Notes: a model not told the origin generated them from the letters alone. 64,000 nt of DNA from Rhodospirillales bacterium (GCA_038116945.1 JAYOEY010000001.1:292649-356648); one strand, 5' to 3'; shown: positions 18,828 to 28,694, counted from the stretch's first letter. A program made the numbers and translations.

Positions 18828-19685
18828 CTATCGAATGGGCTGAATCTTGCTTCCGCCGGCGCCCTTTATATCGATTTTCGCGCCCGCTCTCAGCTTCTGC
18901 ACTTCTTTTTCATAGACGTCGTCGGTCATTTTCTGACGCAGACCGTCGACCACTTCCTCGTAGCGCCGGCTGCCCGAAACGCGCCGTTCTTCGAGCTTGA
19001 TGACGTGCCAGCCGAACTGCGTCTGCACCGGTTCGGTCGTGACCTCGCCTTTCTTGAGTCCGAATGCGGCCTTGGAGAAGGGGGGCACCATCTGACCTTC
19101 GCTGAAAAATCCGAGATCGCCCCCGTTTCGTCCGGACGGTCCCGTCGATTTCTCCGTGGCGAGCTTGGCGAAATCGGCGCCCTTTCCGATCTGCTGGATG
19201 ATAACCAGCGCTTCTTCGCGCGTTTTTACGAGAATGTGTCGCGCGCGGACTTCTTCCCGTTTGGGTTCAAGCGCCACCATTTTGCGGTACGCGTCGCGCA
19301 GGCTGTCCTCGGTTATCAGCGCATTCATTTTCTGTTCCATGAAGAGCTGGTTGAGGATGCCTTCGGATACCATTTCGAGACGCGCCTTGACCTCCGGCTG
19401 CGATGCAATGCCCGACTTGCGGGCCGCGTTGGCTATCAGCCTCTGGTCGACCAGCCGTTCGATGAGCTGGGGAAAAATCGACTCAAGGGGGATCTGCTGA
19501 AATTGCGCCGGAAGGTTCTGGTAGAACACGACGACGTCCCCGGTGGTTATCTCCTTGCCGTCGACTGTTGCGACGACCGTCCGGTCGCTGGCGGAGAGAA
19601 GCGACTCGGGCGGCGGCGTTTGTGAAGACGCGGCGTGGGAAACGAGGATCGAAACCAGAAAGGCGGAAATGACGGCCCGGGACAT
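18828..19685 (-). CDS. periplasmic parvulin-type peptidyl-prolyl isomerase (SurA/PpiC-like)
   Basis: Signal peptide, ARHILV...GGDLGFF...FGWHVIKLE rotamase motifs. Confidence 0.85.
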   Translation of the reverse strand: MSRAVISAFLVSILVSHAASSQTPPPESLLSASDRTVVATVDGKEITTGDVVVFYQNLPAQFQQIPLESIFPQLIERLVDQRLIANAARKSGIASQPEVKARLEMVSEGILNQLFMEQKMNALITEDSLRDAYRKMVALEPKREEVRARHILVKTREEALVIIQQIGKGADFAKLATEKSTGPSGRNGGDLGFFSEGQMVPPFSKAAFGLKKGEVTTEPVQTQFGWHVIKLEERRVSGSRRYEEVVDGLRQKMTDDVYEKEVQKLRAGAKIDIKGAGGSKIQPIR

Positions 19686-19710
19686 GGCGGACTCCTGTAA
19701 GGGGCTGTGA

Positions 19711-19757
19711 CCGGTTCCAGTCTTGCAGACCGTATCTGTTAAACCAACTGGAACCGG
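19711..19757. repeat. perfect 11-bp inverted repeat with 25-nt spacer
   Basis: CCGGTTCCAGT (19711-19721) and ACTGGAACCGG (19747-19757), lying between the TRAP permease stop and the PPIase start. Confidence 0.5.
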
Positions 19758-19787
19758 GCCGGATAAACGGATTTTGTTCAGGTTCGG

Positions 19788-21764
19788 TCAGGCGGCTTTG
19801 AGCTTTCGTCCGGCCATCCATTCGAAACCGACGGCGAGCGCCGTAACGGCGATCCCGACGATTTCAACGATTCCGGCACCCGGAAAGGCTTCGGCAGGAA
19901 TAAGCAGCATTATGCCGCCTGCCATGAAAGCCAGACGCATCAACGGATTCAAGTGCCGCTGGAAATATCCCTGAATGCCGCAGGTCGTAACCCATACCCC
20001 TGCGACAGCCGTAAAGAAAGCGATGATTACGGCAAGGATCTCTGGTGATTCGCCCATCGTCGGTCCCTGCATGATGAGCGTTGGCGACATGATAAACATC
20101 ACCGGTACGACAAGGGCTGTCCATCCAAGTCGCACCGAGGTCACCGCCGTAGCCATCGGATTCGCGCCGGCGAGATTCGCGGCGACGAAGGCCGCAATGG
20201 CCACCGGTGGTGTTATCAGGGACACGATGCCGAAATAGAACACGTACATATGCGCGGCCATCGGATGGATACCCAGCTTGACCAGCGGCGGCGCAGCGAT
20301 GATGGACACCAGGAGGTAAATCGCCGTTGTCGGCATCCCCATTCCCAGAATGATGCAGATGACGGCGGTGAGGGCCAGAAGCATGGCGAGGTTGTTTTCG
20401 CCGAGCGTGACCAGCGCCTGCGTCAGCGCTTCGCCGAGCCCGGTTGCGCCGAGAATGCCGATAATCACGCCGGCCATTGCGCCGATGATGACGATCTCGC
20501 TTCCGCCCCGGACTCCCGTGTCGCGAACCGCGTAGACGATTTCCGTCACATTCATCCGCTTGCCCTTGAAACCGAATGTCCAGTTGATGAGGACAACGGT
20601 TGCGCCCGACCAGAGCGCCGCAGTTTCTGGCGCCTTGTTCAGTCCGAACAGGGCATAGATCAGGACCGCGAACGGTACGATGAAGAACCAGCCCTCTTTC
20701 ATCGTCCGGCCGAGCGGCGGGATTAGTTCTTCGGGAACCGGCTGGATTCCTTTTTTTGCGGCCTCAAGGTCGGCATAGACGAATACGGCCACGTAGTAGA
20801 GCAGGGCGGGTATGATTGCCGCGATGACGACTTCCGTGTAGCCGATCTCCAGAATTTCGGCCATCAGGAAGGCGGCAGCTCCCATGATCGGCGGCATGAT
20901 CTGGCCGCCGGTCGAGGCGACCGCCTCAAAGGCTCCGGCCACTTTGGGGTCGTATCCGCCACGCTTCATCAGCGGGATGGTGATCAGGCCGGTCGAGGCG
21001 ACGTTCGATACGGCCGTTCCGGATATCGCGCCGAACAGGCCGGACGCGACGACGGCGATTTTAGCGGAACCGCCGCGGCTGCGGCCGATCAGCGCCGTCG
21101 CGATGTTGGTGAACCATTCGGATGCGCCGCCTTTAAGAAGAATCTGCCCGAAGAAGACGAAGGGCAGCACGACGATCACCACGATGGTCAGCGGCAGGCC
21201 GAGAATGGCGACGCTGTCGGCCGCGATCGTAGAGGCCAGATATTCCAGCGATTTGTCGCTCGCCTGGAAGAGCCCTGGGACGTGATGCCCCCAGATTGCG
21301 TAGGCGATGAAGGTGAGCATGATCGCGGTCAGGCTCCAGCCCGCCGTGCGTCGAATGGCTTCGACCGTAAGGGGAATCAGGAACGCGCCGATGATGGCGG
21401 CTTCCGAACGCAGTTCATAAAGGCGTTCCTGCAGCGCGGGGTAGCGGTAGGACAGCCAGCCGCCGACGGCAAGCCCGAGGATCGCCAGCACGCCGTCATA
21501 GAAGGGCACTACTGTCTTGGTCGCCCCCATTTTGAAGGGAGACTTGATGAACACGATGGCAAGTGAAAGGCCGAGCGCCAGGGCCATGCCCTGTTCGGTG
21601 AATATCTGCCATCCCAGTTCCAGGTGAAGCTGGGAGGCGAAAAAAATCGGGATCAGGGCAAGGGTTCCACCCAGCCAGGCGATCACGGTTCGCCATGAAC
21701 CCGAAACGGTCAGGTTGGTATCGCCTTCGCTGTGTACGGCTGAAACGGCTTTTTCCTCGGCCAT
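19788..21764 (-). CDS. TRAP transporter fused permease (TAXI-type)
   Basis: 658 aa polytopic membrane protein, directly downstream of a TAXI-type solute receptor gene. Confidence 0.9.
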   Translation of the reverse strand: MAEEKAVSAVHSEGDTNLTVSGSWRTVIAWLGGTLALIPIFFASQLHLELGWQIFTEQGMALALGLSLAIVFIKSPFKMGATKTVVPFYDGVLAILGLAVGGWLSYRYPALQERLYELRSEAAIIGAFLIPLTVEAIRRTAGWSLTAIMLTFIAYAIWGHHVPGLFQASDKSLEYLASTIAADSVAILGLPLTIVVIVVLPFVFFGQILLKGGASEWFTNIATALIGRSRGGSAKIAVVASGLFGAISGTAVSNVASTGLITIPLMKRGGYDPKVAGAFEAVASTGGQIMPPIMGAAAFLMAEILEIGYTEVVIAAIIPALLYYVAVFVYADLEAAKKGIQPVPEELIPPLGRTMKEGWFFIVPFAVLIYALFGLNKAPETAALWSGATVVLINWTFGFKGKRMNVTEIVYAVRDTGVRGGSEIVIIGAMAGVIIGILGATGLGEALTQALVTLGENNLAMLLALTAVICIILGMGMPTTAIYLLVSIIAAPPLVKLGIHPMAAHMYVFYFGIVSLITPPVAIAAFVAANLAGANPMATAVTSVRLGWTALVVPVMFIMSPTLIMQGPTMGESPEILAVIIAFFTAVAGVWVTTCGIQGYFQRHLNPLMRLAFMAGGIMLLIPAEAFPGAGIVEIVGIAVTALAVGFEWMAGRKLKAA

Positions 21765-21806
21765 CGATTTAATCCATTAATACATAAAAATTGGTTGTAA
21801 CGAGCA

Positions 21807-21835
21807 GGACCCGCACCCATTGAGGGCGCGGGTCC
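21807..21835 (-). promoter_or_regulatory. intercistronic stem-loop between TAXI receptor and permease genes
   Basis: GGACCCGC (21807-21814) pairs with GCGGGTCC (21828-21835), plus inner CCC/GGG pairs. No immediate U-tract on the minus strand. Confidence 0.35.
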
Positions 21836-21865
21836 GGTTTTCGCTAAGGAAAATCTGGCCGCGAA

Positions 21866-22828
21866 TCAGCGGGACCAGAGCCCCTTTTCCTTGTAGAGAT
21901 CGATCGCACCCGGATGATACGGATATCTCGAGCCGTGGTCTTTCTGCGACCGCTTGGCGTTATAGCTGCGCCAGACGGGGCTTACGGCATGCAGGTCGTT
22001 GACGCCTTCCACCATCGCCTTTGTGACGTTGTAGACGGTCTTCGCGGGCACGTTCTTGTTGGCAAACAGCATGAAATCGTATCCGAGAAGGACGACCGAC
22101 GGATCGCGAACCGCGACGTACGGCTTGGCCTTGTTGACCGATTCCCAGGTTCCGCCGGGAACGGAGCTGATCGCCTTCTTCGCCGCCGCCGTATCGGTGG
22201 GGAAGCTGAGATAACGGACGCCGCTCTGGATCTTGGCGTTCATGTCCTTGTTGGGGCCGCCGCCGACACCGGCGATGACCACATCGACCTTGCCCTGCTT
22301 GAACAGGTTCCAGTGCTGGGCAAGACCGACGGCGGGTACCCGCTTGATGTCCTTGTCGTAGTTCAGCCCTGCAGAGCTGAGCATGACCCTATGGAAGACG
22401 TCGAACAGCGGCGCGCCCTTGAAACCGTAGGCAACGCGTTTGCCCTTGAGATCGGCGACCGACTTGATGCTCGAGCTGTTCTGGACCAGGAAGCCGGTAC
22501 GGAACCGCATCATTGTCGCGACGAGACGGAGGTTCGAATATTTCTTGTTGGATAGCTGACGTCCGTCGACGGCCATCGTGTACTGGATCATGTTGGCAAC
22601 GCCGAATTCAAGCTCGCCGGCATTGACCACCGGGATGTATTTCTGCGTTCCGCCCATGACCTGGCGCCGCATCTTGAGGATCGTCTTGCCAGATACGACG
22701 TTTGAAATCGCCGTCGTCATGGCGGCGACCATCGAACTCTTGGTGCTGCCGATGCCAACTGTCTGCGCGCTGGCGGCTGTCGCGGCAAACGTAGCCGCCG
22801 CGGAGACCATCATTACCCTGCTGAACAT
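21866..22828 (-). CDS. TAXI family TRAP transporter solute receptor
   Basis: Signal peptide MFSRVMMVSAAATFAATAASAQ, then TVGIGSTKSSM typical of TAXI receptors. Start trimmed to ATG 22828 (AAAGGAC upstream). Confidence 0.85.
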   Translation of the reverse strand: MFSRVMMVSAAATFAATAASAQTVGIGSTKSSMVAAMTTAISNVVSGKTILKMRRQVMGGTQKYIPVVNAGELEFGVANMIQYTMAVDGRQLSNKKYSNLRLVATMMRFRTGFLVQNSSSIKSVADLKGKRVAYGFKGAPLFDVFHRVMLSSAGLNYDKDIKRVPAVGLAQHWNLFKQGKVDVVIAGVGGGPNKDMNAKIQSGVRYLSFPTDTAAAKKAISSVPGGTWESVNKAKPYVAVRDPSVVLLGYDFMLFANKNVPAKTVYNVTKAMVEGVNDLHAVSPVWRSYNAKRSQKDHGSRYPYHPGAIDLYKEKGLWSR

Positions 22829-22898
22829 ATTTCGTCCTTTTCCGTTAATTTTCGAATTACTCGTCCTGATGCACACATCGCTCCCCCGAAGCAACAGG

Positions 22899-23687
22899 TT
22901 ACCCGGATGGTAACGTATTTGACGAACCGTTTGAAGGGGCGAGTTTTAAGTCGCGGTCTTCGGCCAGCGTAAGCGCGGTGCAGGCGGATACGATTTCGGG
23001 GAGTCGCTTTCTCGCCGGAAACAGGTCAACCGGATCAGCGGCGTTGTGGCGGATCTCGAGCGCGATTTCGATCAATCCGGTATCCAGGCCGTTCACCGGG
23101 TTCTGTTTCAGATACTCGACCGCCACGTCGTTGGAGCCCATCAAACCCGTGCGCCAGCTATAGCAAAACCGCGCGGCATAAAGGAAAGCGCGGAGAAAGG
23201 GCTTGTGCAGGTCGTCGGGCAGGTCGACGAGGTCCGAATATTTCCGTGAATTCGTCCGCCAGTTCTCCAGCGGCTGCCCGATCAGATATGCGCGAATTTC
23301 ATCCATATCCGGCCTCTCCGGAACGACGCGCTCAGCTTCGCGGAGAGCAACGGCGTGATCCAGATAATCGACGCGGTCGAGGGGCGGGAAACGTCCGACC
23401 GAGAATGTCCGGTCCGTCCAGAACAGCGACAATTTGGCTGCGAGTCCTGGATTCCTAGCCGTCGCTTCGTTTCGGAGGTCGGTAATGTCGGTTTCTGAAA
23501 TTCCCGATTCCGAGATCAGGCCAAGGTCGATATCGCTGTAGCGACGGCTGAAACCTCCATGGGCGAGACTTCCCAGCAGGTAGAAGCCGATAAACCGGTC
23601 CTGAAGCTTCCGTTGCAAGAAATCCGCAATGTGATCTGCAAGTTCGATTGCGGCATCGCGCACCGTCTGGTCGGGATCGGAGGTCAC
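22899..23687 (-). CDS. nucleotidyltransferase-domain protein (ANT/AadA-like fold)
   Basis: LLGSLAHGGFSRRYSDIDLGLI is a pol-beta-type NTase GS...DxD motif, followed by a helical C-terminal domain. GTG start preceded by GGAGAAAA. Confidence 0.65.
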   Translation of the reverse strand: MTSDPDQTVRDAAIELADHIADFLQRKLQDRFIGFYLLGSLAHGGFSRRYSDIDLGLISESGISETDITDLRNEATARNPGLAAKLSLFWTDRTFSVGRFPPLDRVDYLDHAVALREAERVVPERPDMDEIRAYLIGQPLENWRTNSRKYSDLVDLPDDLHKPFLRAFLYAARFCYSWRTGLMGSNDVAVEYLKQNPVNGLDTGLIEIALEIRHNAADPVDLFPARKRLPEIVSACTALTLAEDRDLKLAPSNGSSNTLPSG

Positions 23688-23703
23688 TTTTCTCCGGTCC
23701 GGA

Positions 23704-24369
23704 TCAACCTGCGCCGGCGAACCGGTCGCCGATGGTTTCGTACAGCTGGGTGCTGGACTGGAACCAGGGTTCTTGCGCGAGACGTCGTCGCCAGTCGGTA
23801 TCCCGCGCCGCGTCGCGTTCCGGCGACGTCAGGGCGGCCAGGTCGTCGAGGTAATGAACCGCGAGATGCGTCCAGGGCTGGGGTTCTCCCTCGATGATCT
23901 CGAACCGGCGGACGGCGAGCCAGTTGGGACATTTCAGGAGCAGCGGGGCATGCTCGTCGTCGTACCAGGCATTGAAATCGGCGGCGCGTTCGTCGGGGAC
24001 GCTGAAGAACACCGCGTAAAGGTATGGCGTGTCGAGGTAATTTTCACCCGCGTCGTCGCGAGAGGCCTCGGCGATCTGGTTGCCCACATATCGGGAGTAG
24101 TTCTGGACGTTGGAGAGCATCCAGGCGGTCTGGGCGTTCGGCTGTGCGCGGACTTTCTGGTACGCGGCGCTGTTCAGAACGTCTTCCGACGATATCTCAT
24201 ACACCGCCAGATAGTTCGGCCGGTCGGGATCGCAGTATCGTCGAGCGCTCAGGAACCCGGGAACAGCCGCCCTGACGCGGATGTGGTGAGTGTCGTACCA
24301 GTGGTTGAAATCGTCCTCCCAGTCGGGATCGGGGGACATTTCGGTAAAAAGTATGGTGGCGCCCTTCAA
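23704..24369 (-). CDS. tandem ferredoxin-like (EthD/DUF4286-like) domain protein, paralogue of 16951-17652
   Basis: Aligns by eye over its whole length with 16951-17652 (ILFTEMSP..FNHWYDTHH..VPGFLSARRY..YLAVYE; second repeat FNAWYDDEH). TTG start preceded by GAGGAG. Confidence 0.6.
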   Translation of the reverse strand: MKGATILFTEMSPDPDWEDDFNHWYDTHHIRVRAAVPGFLSARRYCDPDRPNYLAVYEISSEDVLNSAAYQKVRAQPNAQTAWMLSNVQNYSRYVGNQIAEASRDDAGENYLDTPYLYAVFFSVPDERAADFNAWYDDEHAPLLLKCPNWLAVRRFEIIEGEPQPWTHLAVHYLDDLAALTSPERDAARDTDWRRRLAQEPWFQSSTQLYETIGDRFAGAG

Positions 24370-24456
24370 CGCCGATCTCCTCGTTTTTGCATCTGCCGGG
24401 AAAGCGCGACTGTCGTCTCACGCCCCTGAAAAAACAACGTCGGGAAATATTGTGCA

Positions 24457-25540
24457 TCAAGGAAGGTGTTTAAGCAAACGGTGCTGTCGTTCCCGACGAT
24501 GTCGACGAAACGCAAAAAACAGAACAGCGACCGCAAGGATCGGAACCGTTGGCGGCGCAGGAAGGCTTATCATGGCATTGCTTAGGGCATTCGCGGCGAG
24601 GGAACGATTGTTGGCGTCGAAGCGGATGGATTGCTCCATTTCCACATGAACGAAGTTTCCGCCCAGACCGCGGGAATGGACGCCTTGAACGTTCGTGGTT
24701 CCGCCAAGCGAGGAGAAAGTCGTTCCGTCAACGCCGTCATTGACCTGCTGATTGAGGGGGTCGTTCGCCGGGAGGGTGTTGAAGGCGTAGCTCAGGAATC
24801 CCGCGCCGGTAAATTGTTTGTCGATCTCGACGATTGCTGGCGTTACCGATCCGTCGCCGGCGGAAAGGACGACATCGGTTCCTGCGGGGAAATTATGGTT
24901 CGCATCGTTGAATCCATGGATCGACCAGGCTGTATTTTCCGCGAAAGCCCCGTTCCAGGCCTTGTGGACCTCCTGAAAGATTGAATCGGGTAAGTGCGCT
25001 ACGTCGGCGGTACCCTGACCGTTCGCGTTCCGGTGCGCCCCGTTCATCAGGAAACCGAGGGCGCCTGCCTGACGGAACGCGTTCGCGCCGATTTCCCAGC
25101 TCCTTGTATCGAACCGGACATGCGGCGTTTCGACAAGAATATCGACCTTGCTGTTCAGGTTGACGAAATAGGAACCCCAGCCGCGGGTCTGCTGATTGTT
25201 CACGAGCTGTTCGCGGAGACCGTAATAGACGTTGTTCGTCGCATTGTCGGTGAATTGCACGAGCTCGTAATTGAGCGCCGTAGCCTGCGCATCGGCGTTG
25301 ACGATATTGCCGGAAAAGAGGGTGGTGGCGAGCGCTCCGAAATCGCTGAGTTCCTGATTGGTAGGGGCGACGTAAAGGTTTGAATTCGCTTCGAAGGTAA
25401 GATCTCTCAGGCGCTCGATTTCGGCAATGAAATCGCCGGATTCAACGAGCAGCGCCCGACCGCTGCCCGGCCAGGCCACAATCAGGGCCAGCGCAAGCCA
25501 GGTTGCCAGTCGAACGGCGATTGCCTTTGGGTTCGTCAAT
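24457..25540 (-). CDS. exported hypothetical protein with PEP-CTERM/VPLPA-CTERM-like C-terminal sorting tail
   Basis: Candidate signal peptide KAIAVRLATWLALALIVAWPGSGRA. C-terminus is SLPAPPTVPILAVAVLFFAFRRHRRE (motif, TM helix, Arg cluster). Start is uncertain: TTG 25540 chosen, while the track extends to 25725 through non-protein-like sequence. Confidence 0.55.
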
Positions 25541-25751
25541 TTCGTTCCGGTCCCGGTCGCACGGCAGCGACCCGTATTGGATATCTGCGGATGATGATTA
25601 CCGGAAAGTCGTTCCGCAAGAGGCTTGGTGGAATTATTGGTGACAGAGATTACAGATTCTCCATTCCCGGGAGTTGGCCGAAGAGGCAGGAATTGCTGTT
25701 GACCCATGAGGAGGATCGAGAACAATGGGCCCTGGCGCTCATTCCGGCAGA

Positions 25752-27107
25752 ATGAAAAATATTTTGGACAAGGCGAGCATGGACGGCAGTCTGGTGACGA
25801 GAGATTTCGGGGCCATGGTCGATGACCGGGTCGGCGAAGGCGTATTTCGGGTAGAACGCGCGGTTTACACCGATCCGGCCGTGTTCGAGGCCGAGATGGA
25901 GCGCATTTACGACCGGAACTGGGTCTATCTCTGCCATGAAAGCCAGGTGCCGGAAGAGACGAGCTATTTCGCCTGCGAAATCGGGCGGCAGCCGGTGGTT
26001 GTCATTCGCCAGCCCGACGGCGCCATCAGGGCGTTTCTCAACGCCTGTTCGCATCGCGGCGCGCTGCTGACGGCGACGAAACAGGGTAAGGCGAGGACCC
26101 TGACCTGCCGCTTTCACGGCTGGAGCTATGGCTGCGACGGTCACTGCATCCGGATCAAGGCGGAAAAGGAAGGGTACCCCGAAGACGGTTTCGACCGTTC
26201 CCGTTACGACCTGACACAGGTCCCGCGGGTGGAATCCTATCGCGGATTCATTTTTGGCAGTCTCAACCCGGATGTACAGCCCATTGAAGAATATCTCGCT
26301 GCGGCAGCGGGGTGGATCGATCTGCTGGTCGACCAGTCTCCGGAAGGCCTCGAGGTGGTTCCCGGTTCGTCGACCTATACGATCCGCGGCAACTGGAAAA
26401 TGCAGGTTGAAAATTCCGTCGACGGGCATCACGTGTCGACCGTTCATCGCGTGTTCGCGGCAACAGTCAGCAATCGCGACGCGCGGGACGGAACCCAGGG
26501 GCTGGCGCAGACCGAAGGGGGCCGGATCACCGGCAAGGTGCCGTCCGGCGCCTACGATCTCGGGAACGGCCATATGTCGATCTGGGCGCAGCACACGACG
26601 CCGGAGCGCCGCCCGATCTGGAAGAAAAAGGACTGGCTTGAGGCCACCTATTCGCCGGCCAAGGTAGAGTGGATCCTGACGCGCGGCCGGAACCTGGCAG
26701 TGTTTCCCAACGTGATGATCATGGACAACCCGTCCACCCAGATCAGGGTCGTCAAGCCGATTTCGGTCGATCGGGCGGAGGTAACCGTCTACTGCATCGC
26801 GCCGAAAGGGGAGAGTGCCGAGGCCCGCGCCGCCAGGCTTCGCAAGTTCGAGGATTTCTACCTGACATCCGGGATGGCGACGTCCGACGATATGGCGGCC
26901 CTGGAGGACACCCAGGCCGGCAGCCATGCGCGGGCGGCCCGCTGGAACGATTTCGGGCGGGGCATCGGCTACATGATCGAGGGACCGGACGAAATCGCGA
27001 AAGCGATAGGCCTTAACCCGGTTTCCTCGAACATAACCTGGGAGAACGAGACCCTGTATTTCGGATTTTACCGGAAGTGGCGTGACCTTATGGCGTCCGG
27101 AGCCTGA
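25752..27107 (+). CDS. aromatic ring-hydroxylating (Rieske) dioxygenase alpha subunit
   Basis: Rieske motif CSHRGALL...CRFHGWSY and mononuclear iron motif DGHHVSTVH. N-terminal spacing resembles BenA/AntA-type large subunits. Confidence 0.9.
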   Translation: MKNILDKASMDGSLVTRDFGAMVDDRVGEGVFRVERAVYTDPAVFEAEMERIYDRNWVYLCHESQVPEETSYFACEIGRQPVVVIRQPDGAIRAFLNACSHRGALLTATKQGKARTLTCRFHGWSYGCDGHCIRIKAEKEGYPEDGFDRSRYDLTQVPRVESYRGFIFGSLNPDVQPIEEYLAAAAGWIDLLVDQSPEGLEVVPGSSTYTIRGNWKMQVENSVDGHHVSTVHRVFAATVSNRDARDGTQGLAQTEGGRITGKVPSGAYDLGNGHMSIWAQHTTPERRPIWKKKDWLEATYSPAKVEWILTRGRNLAVFPNVMIMDNPSTQIRVVKPISVDRAEVTVYCIAPKGESAEARAARLRKFEDFYLTSGMATSDDMAALEDTQAGSHARAARWNDFGRGIGYMIEGPDEIAKAIGLNPVSSNITWENETLYFGFYRKWRDLMASGA

Positions 27108-27112
27108 CGACG

Positions 27113-27634
27113 ATGATGGATGGAGCGGCCGGGGGAGCGGAGGTCGATGACGCGCTGAGACGCGATGTATCGGACCTGATTTACTGGGAAGCCACGCTTC
27201 TGGATCGCCGGCGGTGGGAGGAGTGGCTCGCGCTGTTTTGCGACGATGCGGTCTACTGGGTGCCGTCCTGGAAGAACGAGGAAGAAACCACGGACGATCC
27301 GGAAACCCAGTTGAATCTGATTTATCTCCGCGGACGGAGCCGGCTGGAAGATCGCGTTTTCAGGATCGAATCCCGGGATTCGTACGCTTCCATGCCGCTA
27401 GAGCGGACCGTTCATGTGGTCGGCAACGTTCTGATCGAGTCAGCGGATCATGACGGGGTCTCCGCCGTCGCCAACTGTCTCGTGCACAGCTATGGCGAGC
27501 GAGGTACGCAGACCCGCGCCAGCCTGTACGATTTCCGGATCAGGCGAACCGAAGCCGGGCTTCGTATCGCGCAGAAAAAAATCACCTTCATTGACGACCG
27601 GATCGCCGGCCCGGTCGATGTATACCATCTCTAG
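27113..27634 (+). CDS. aromatic ring-hydroxylating dioxygenase beta subunit
   Basis: 173 aa SnoaL-like beta subunit pattern (YWEATLLD..W..LF..D..YWVP), 5 nt after the alpha stop. Confidence 0.85.
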   Translation: MMDGAAGGAEVDDALRRDVSDLIYWEATLLDRRRWEEWLALFCDDAVYWVPSWKNEEETTDDPETQLNLIYLRGRSRLEDRVFRIESRDSYASMPLERTVHVVGNVLIESADHDGVSAVANCLVHSYGERGTQTRASLYDFRIRRTEAGLRIAQKKITFIDDRIAGPVDVYHL

Positions 27635-27643
27635 GAAACCGTC

Positions 27644-28675
27644 ATGCTGACTGTCTGCAAGGTCGCCGAAGGCGAAGGGGGCATCGCCGTTCTCGAGGGC
27701 GAACCGAGGGAGCCCGGTCCCGGCGAGGTCATGATCAAGGTGACGGCCGCCGGCATCTGCGGCACCGACATGCAGATCTATTACTGGGCGCCCCGCATGG
27801 CGCGTCGCATGACGCTGCCCCGCGTGCTCGGGCACGAGGCCTGCGGAAAGGTCGTTTCAGTCGGCCCGGACGTATCAAGCCCGAAGATCGGCGACTTCGT
27901 CAGCCTCGAAAGCCATGTATTTTGCGGCACCTGCCGTCCCTGCCGGCTGGGCAATGCCCATCTCTGCGAAAACACGACCTATCCGGGGATCAATTTCGAT
28001 GGCGGGTTCGCCGAATACGTAACGGTGCCGTCACAGATATGCTGGGTGAATCCGCCCGATCTGCCGTTCCGGGTCGCGGCCATGATGGAGCCGTTCGGTA
28101 TCTCGGTTCATGCCACGCTCGCCGGAACGGGCGTTGCAGGCAAAACCGTGCTGATCAACGGGTGCGGTCCCATCGGTTTGATGAATATCGCTTCAGCCCG
28201 GGCGCTGGGGGCAGTGAAAGTCATCGCCTGCGACCTGAACCCGCTTCGCCTGAAAACGGCGGAGATCATGGGAGCCGATCGTACGGTGCGCGCCGACGAG
28301 GAGGATTTGCAGGCGGTCATCCGGGATATGACCGGCGGGTCGGGCATTGATGTTGCGATCGAATATTCCGGGTCCGAAGCCGGTTTCAACGCCTGTTTCG
28401 AAGCGCTCGCCAAGGGAGCGGAATTCCGCCTGGTGGGGGCGCCGCCGAGGCCGATCCCGGTGGATTTCACATTCTGGCTTCTGAAATGTCCCACCATGCA
28501 GAATATCCACGGCAGACGCATCTGGGACAGCTGGCAGAAAGCGGCGGATCTCGTGGCTTCGGGCGCGGTTGATCTTGGGCCGATTCACAGTCATGACGTT
28601 CCCCTGAGCGAAGGCGACAGGGGGTTCGAACTGATCCGGGAAGGGAAAGCGGTCAAGCCGCTTCTGGTTCCCTGA
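27644..28675 (+). CDS. zinc-dependent MDR alcohol dehydrogenase (threonine/sorbitol dehydrogenase-like)
   Basis: GICGTD, GHEACG and CGTCRPCRLG structural-zinc motifs, plus a GCGPIG Rossmann motif. Confidence 0.85.
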   Translation: MLTVCKVAEGEGGIAVLEGEPREPGPGEVMIKVTAAGICGTDMQIYYWAPRMARRMTLPRVLGHEACGKVVSVGPDVSSPKIGDFVSLESHVFCGTCRPCRLGNAHLCENTTYPGINFDGGFAEYVTVPSQICWVNPPDLPFRVAAMMEPFGISVHATLAGTGVAGKTVLINGCGPIGLMNIASARALGAVKVIACDLNPLRLKTAEIMGADRTVRADEEDLQAVIRDMTGGSGIDVAIEYSGSEAGFNACFEALAKGAEFRLVGAPPRPIPVDFTFWLLKCPTMQNIHGRRIWDSWQKAADLVASGAVDLGPIHSHDVPLSEGDRGFELIREGKAVKPLLVP

Positions 28676-28694
28676 GAGAAGACGGGAAAGCAAG

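Noticed and set aside
22899-23687. Nucleotidyltransferase as an aminoglycoside-resistance gene or an MNT-HEPN toxin-antitoxin module
   Set aside because: Only the generic pol-beta NTase signature and an AadA-like layout can be seen. There is no HEPN partner gene and no mobile context. A resistance or TA call cannot be made without a database comparison.
25541-25725. N-terminal extension of the exported protein ORF (track start 25725)
   Set aside because: The extension (MFSILLMGQQQFLPLRPTPGNGE...) is not protein-like and precedes an obvious signal peptide. It would also abut the divergent Rieske gene and leave no promoter space. The internal TTG at 25540 is preferred but unproven.
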